Source of the DNA: a virus
DNA: 6,164 bases
Strand: one strand, 5' to 3'
IMG/VR virus record: IMGVR_UViG_3300045988_002819
Of this stretch, positions 5,040-6,164 are shown piece after piece. The notes under the pieces are model-generated. The model worked only from the letters and a program-made list of their open reading frames with translations, ran no database searches and was not told where the DNA came from. Position 1 is the stretch's first letter. The number at the start of each line of letters is the position of its first letter. A program made the position numbers and the translations under genes.

Positions 5040-5271
5040 TCGGCTTGCCCTCCCATACTTTTTCCTTCCAGTTCTGGAAAAGTCCCGTCTCATCCTCGAA
5101 TTCTGCCAGCTTATAACCTGTGTAGTCCTGTGGACTCTGCCCGATAAAGGTCTTTTCGTCCTTTGCCATTACACTGCACATTCTCGCAAAAGTTGCATCG
5201 TTCTTGCTTTCGCCTACCCATGCATAGCATTTTGCCACGTCGTCCCAAATACCATAGTAGTTGTTTCTCAT
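5032..5271 (-). CDS. Small conserved gokushovirus non-structural protein (ORF5/VP5-like), 79 aa.
   Basis: The pattern YYGIWDDVA...NDATFARM...SPQDYTGYKLAEFEDETG resembles the Y.I.D.VA...ND..A.R.F...P.DY.LY.IGEFDDETG pattern I recall from small gokushovirus proteins located upstream of VP3. AAAGGA lies 9 nt upstream of ATG 5271. Confidence 0.75.
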   Translation of the reverse strand: MRNNYYGIWDDVAKCYAWVGESKNDATFARMCSVMAKDEKTFIGQSPQDYTGYKLAEFEDETGLFQNWKEKVWEGKPNE

Positions 5272-5289
5272 TTGTTGTTTTCCTTTCTT

Positions 5290-5412
5290 TTACAGCCGGA
5301 TGCCACCGCGCATAGGTTTCTGGCTGAGGTTGATTGTTTTGGTTTTGCGTGCGGTTACGTTAAACATTCGGCGGTCTTTTGCGCCGCTCATTACCTTACG
5401 ATGTCTTGCCAT
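5290..5412 (-). CDS. VP8/J-like small basic DNA-binding (packaging) peptide, 40 aa: MARHRKVMSGAKDRRMFNVTARKTKTINLSQKPMRGGIRL. The maximal ORF extends to 5481 (63 aa).
   Basis: It is strongly basic, about 40 aa, and ends in RGGIRL, as I recall for Chlamydia-phage/SpV4 ORF8-type peptides. GAAAGG lies 9 nt upstream of ATG 5412, and the upstream ATGs at 5481 and 5451 lack an SD. Confidence 0.65.
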   Translation of the reverse strand: MARHRKVMSGAKDRRMFNVTARKTKTINLSQKPMRGGIRL

Positions 5413-5504
5413 TGTTGTGTACCTTTCTTTTCTTTTTTTTGTTTCGTCCATGGTGTTCTTTTTCGGTCTGGTCTCGTACATTCCATGCTTTGTGCATCAT
5501 GGCT

Positions 5505-5627
5505 TTACTCCTTTTCGTTTTCGCTGATGCTGTCATGCAGTGCATGATAGATTTCGTCAAGCTTTTCAAGAATCTGCATCATGATGCGGATTGCCTGTTT
5601 GACGTCTTTAATAGAAATCAGTGCCAT
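5505..5627 (-). CDS. Hypothetical 40-aa amphipathic helical peptide (MALISIKDVKQAIRIMMQILEKLDEIYHALHDSISENEKE). The maximal ORF extends to 5720.
   Basis: AAGGGGG lies 6 nt upstream of ATG 5627, immediately after the peptidase stop. The longer 71-aa version would overlap the peptidase by 92 nt and has no SD. There is no transmembrane segment. Confidence 0.45.
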   Translation of the reverse strand: MALISIKDVKQAIRIMMQILEKLDEIYHALHDSISENEKE

Positions 5628-5628
5628 T

Positions 5629-6018
5629 TTATACCCCCTTTCTGTATTTTTTTGTGCGTGTGTCGATGTGTACCCACGTGCTATATACGATAATGCCGCA
5701 TTCATTCGGGATGATTTCATTCAGTTTGTTGGCAATTTCTTTTGCACTCATTCCGTTTATTCGAATGTCTGCGGCCATACCGCGCATATGGTATGAGTAT
5801 TTTGCACCGCCTACCGCTTTATTCCTTGTCGGTGTTCGGTATCCGCTGTTTATGATTACAGGTTTTCCGACTCTGTTTCTGAGGATGTCTAGGATTGACA
5901 CTAGGTAGCTGTCTATAAAAACTACCTGTGAACCGTCTTTGCAAGCAAATTCCTTTACTTTGAAGTGCTGTCCTACTTTTTCGTTTGCGTCTGTGTCCAT
6001 GATATAGCTTTTAATCAT
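5629..6018 (-). CDS. Zinc D,D-/L,D-peptidase-type peptidoglycan hydrolase (Peptidase_M15_3 / M15A-like, LAS-fold), 129 aa. Candidate endolysin.
   Basis: FKVKEFACKDG ... INSGYRTPTRNKAVGGAKYSYHMRGMAADI ... WVHIDTR gives the SxHxxGxAxD (H-x6-D) plus distal H zinc-ligand pattern of this family. I place the start at ATG 6018; the ORF track uses TTG 6027. The ATG overlaps the stop of the 64-aa ORF. Confidence 0.85.
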   Translation of the reverse strand: MIKSYIMDTDANEKVGQHFKVKEFACKDGSQVVFIDSYLVSILDILRNRVGKPVIINSGYRTPTRNKAVGGAKYSYHMRGMAADIRINGMSAKEIANKLNEIIPNECGIIVYSTWVHIDTRTKKYRKGV

Positions 6019-6022
6019 TTTT
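5994..6022. repeat. 29-nt exact direct repeat, copy A. Its partner is at 158-186, 187 nt away on the circle.
   Basis: Exact match read directly. It spans the stop of the 64-aa ORF and the first 8 codons of the peptidase gene. Confidence 0.95.
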
Positions 6023-6164
6023 GTCAATTCTTTCGTACTCTTTCAATTTTTCGCAGATTGCGTTTGCCCATTTATTATTTAAGTTGTACTCTGCCTTCAG
6101 TTCGTCTTTGTCATTGCTTCTCCATCCTTCTTTGTAAAGTGCTGTTGCACAGCTTTCAACTTCA
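6011..6164 (-). CDS. The same 64-aa hypothetical ORF, 3' portion plus the redundant copy. It is 5'-truncated by the window end.
   Basis: 6024-6164 duplicates 1-141. The reading frame continues ...EYERIDKND then TAA at 6013-6011, which overlaps the ATG (6018-6016) of the peptidase gene. Confidence 0.6.
   Translation of the reverse strand, partial: EVESCATALYKEGWRSNDKDELKAEYNLNNKWANAICEKLKEYERIDKND
6024..6164. repeat. Terminal redundancy, copy 2 (identical to 1-141).
   Basis: Same comparison as above. The 141-nt length equals the default largest k-mer of a common metagenome assembler, which suggests an assembly overlap of a circular contig rather than a biological repeat (inference). Confidence 0.97.

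Noticed and set aside
5040-5093. 18-codon N-terminal extension of VP3 (ATG at 5093).
   Set aside because: GAGG abuts that ATG with no spacer, and the extension would overlap the ORF5-like gene by 62 nt. ATG 5039 has GGGAGGG at 8 nt.
5628-5720. 31-codon N-terminal extension of the 40-aa ORF (the 71-aa version in the ORF track).
   Set aside because: It overlaps the 3' end of the peptidase gene by 92 nt in another frame and has no SD. The internal ATG 5627 has AAGGGGG at 6 nt, right after the peptidase stop.
4916-5908. Plus-strand ORFs 4916-5116, 5261-5527, 5272-5547, 5379-5693, 5581-5796 and 5621-5908.
   Set aside because: All are antisense to better-supported minus-strand genes. The T-rich plus strand gives Phe/Leu/Cys-rich translations, and they overlap one another in different frames.
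6019-6027. TTG start at 6027 for the peptidase (ORF-track start).
   Set aside because: ATG 6018 lies in the exactly duplicated junction, which also serves as the start of the 64-aa ORF. The TTG has no better SD. This remains uncertain.
5994-6028. Promoter-like TTGACA (6028-6023) followed by TATATC (6007-6002) on the minus strand upstream of the peptidase.
   Set aside because: The spacer is only 15 nt and the -10 matches 4/6. The TATATC is inside the coding start of the gene, so this is likely a coincidence of the AT-rich junction.

Overview
The window is a complete, circularly permuted genome of a Gokushovirinae-like Microviridae ssDNA phage. Bases 1-141 are identical to 6024-6164, so the replicon unit is 6,023 nt written with a 141-nt overlap. 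All credible genes are on the minus strand. In transcription order around the circle they are: a strong sigma70-type promoter (441-469), a 77-aa ORF, a 64-aa ORF that crosses the window junction, a Peptidase_M15-type zinc peptidoglycan hydrolase, a 40-aa ORF, a VP8/J-like basic DNA-binding peptide, an ORF5-like small protein, VP3 scaffold, VP1 major capsid (TTG start), a hairpin/terminator, VP2 pilot protein, VP4 HUH replication initiator, and a terminator hairpin. The roughly 340-570 nt left over (about 447-1016) is an unusually elaborate control region. It holds about ten TTCAACA iterons, a (TAC)5 microsatellite, an AT-rich core, two 26-nt perfectly alternating purine-pyrimidine (Z-DNA-type) CG/TG tracts and three strong hairpins. 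The most unusual items are five. (1) A 29-nt exact repeat duplicates a whole stop/start gene junction, giving two adjacent genes the same first 8 codons. (2) The iteron plus Z-tract control region. (3) A Shine-Dalgarno for VP2 separated from its ATG by a terminator-like hairpin. (4) A canonical cell-wall hydrolase with no holin or signal sequence in a microvirus. (5) A weak XerD-arm/dif-like match in the AT-rich core. All functional calls rest on remembered family motifs and reading the sequence by eye; no searches were run.
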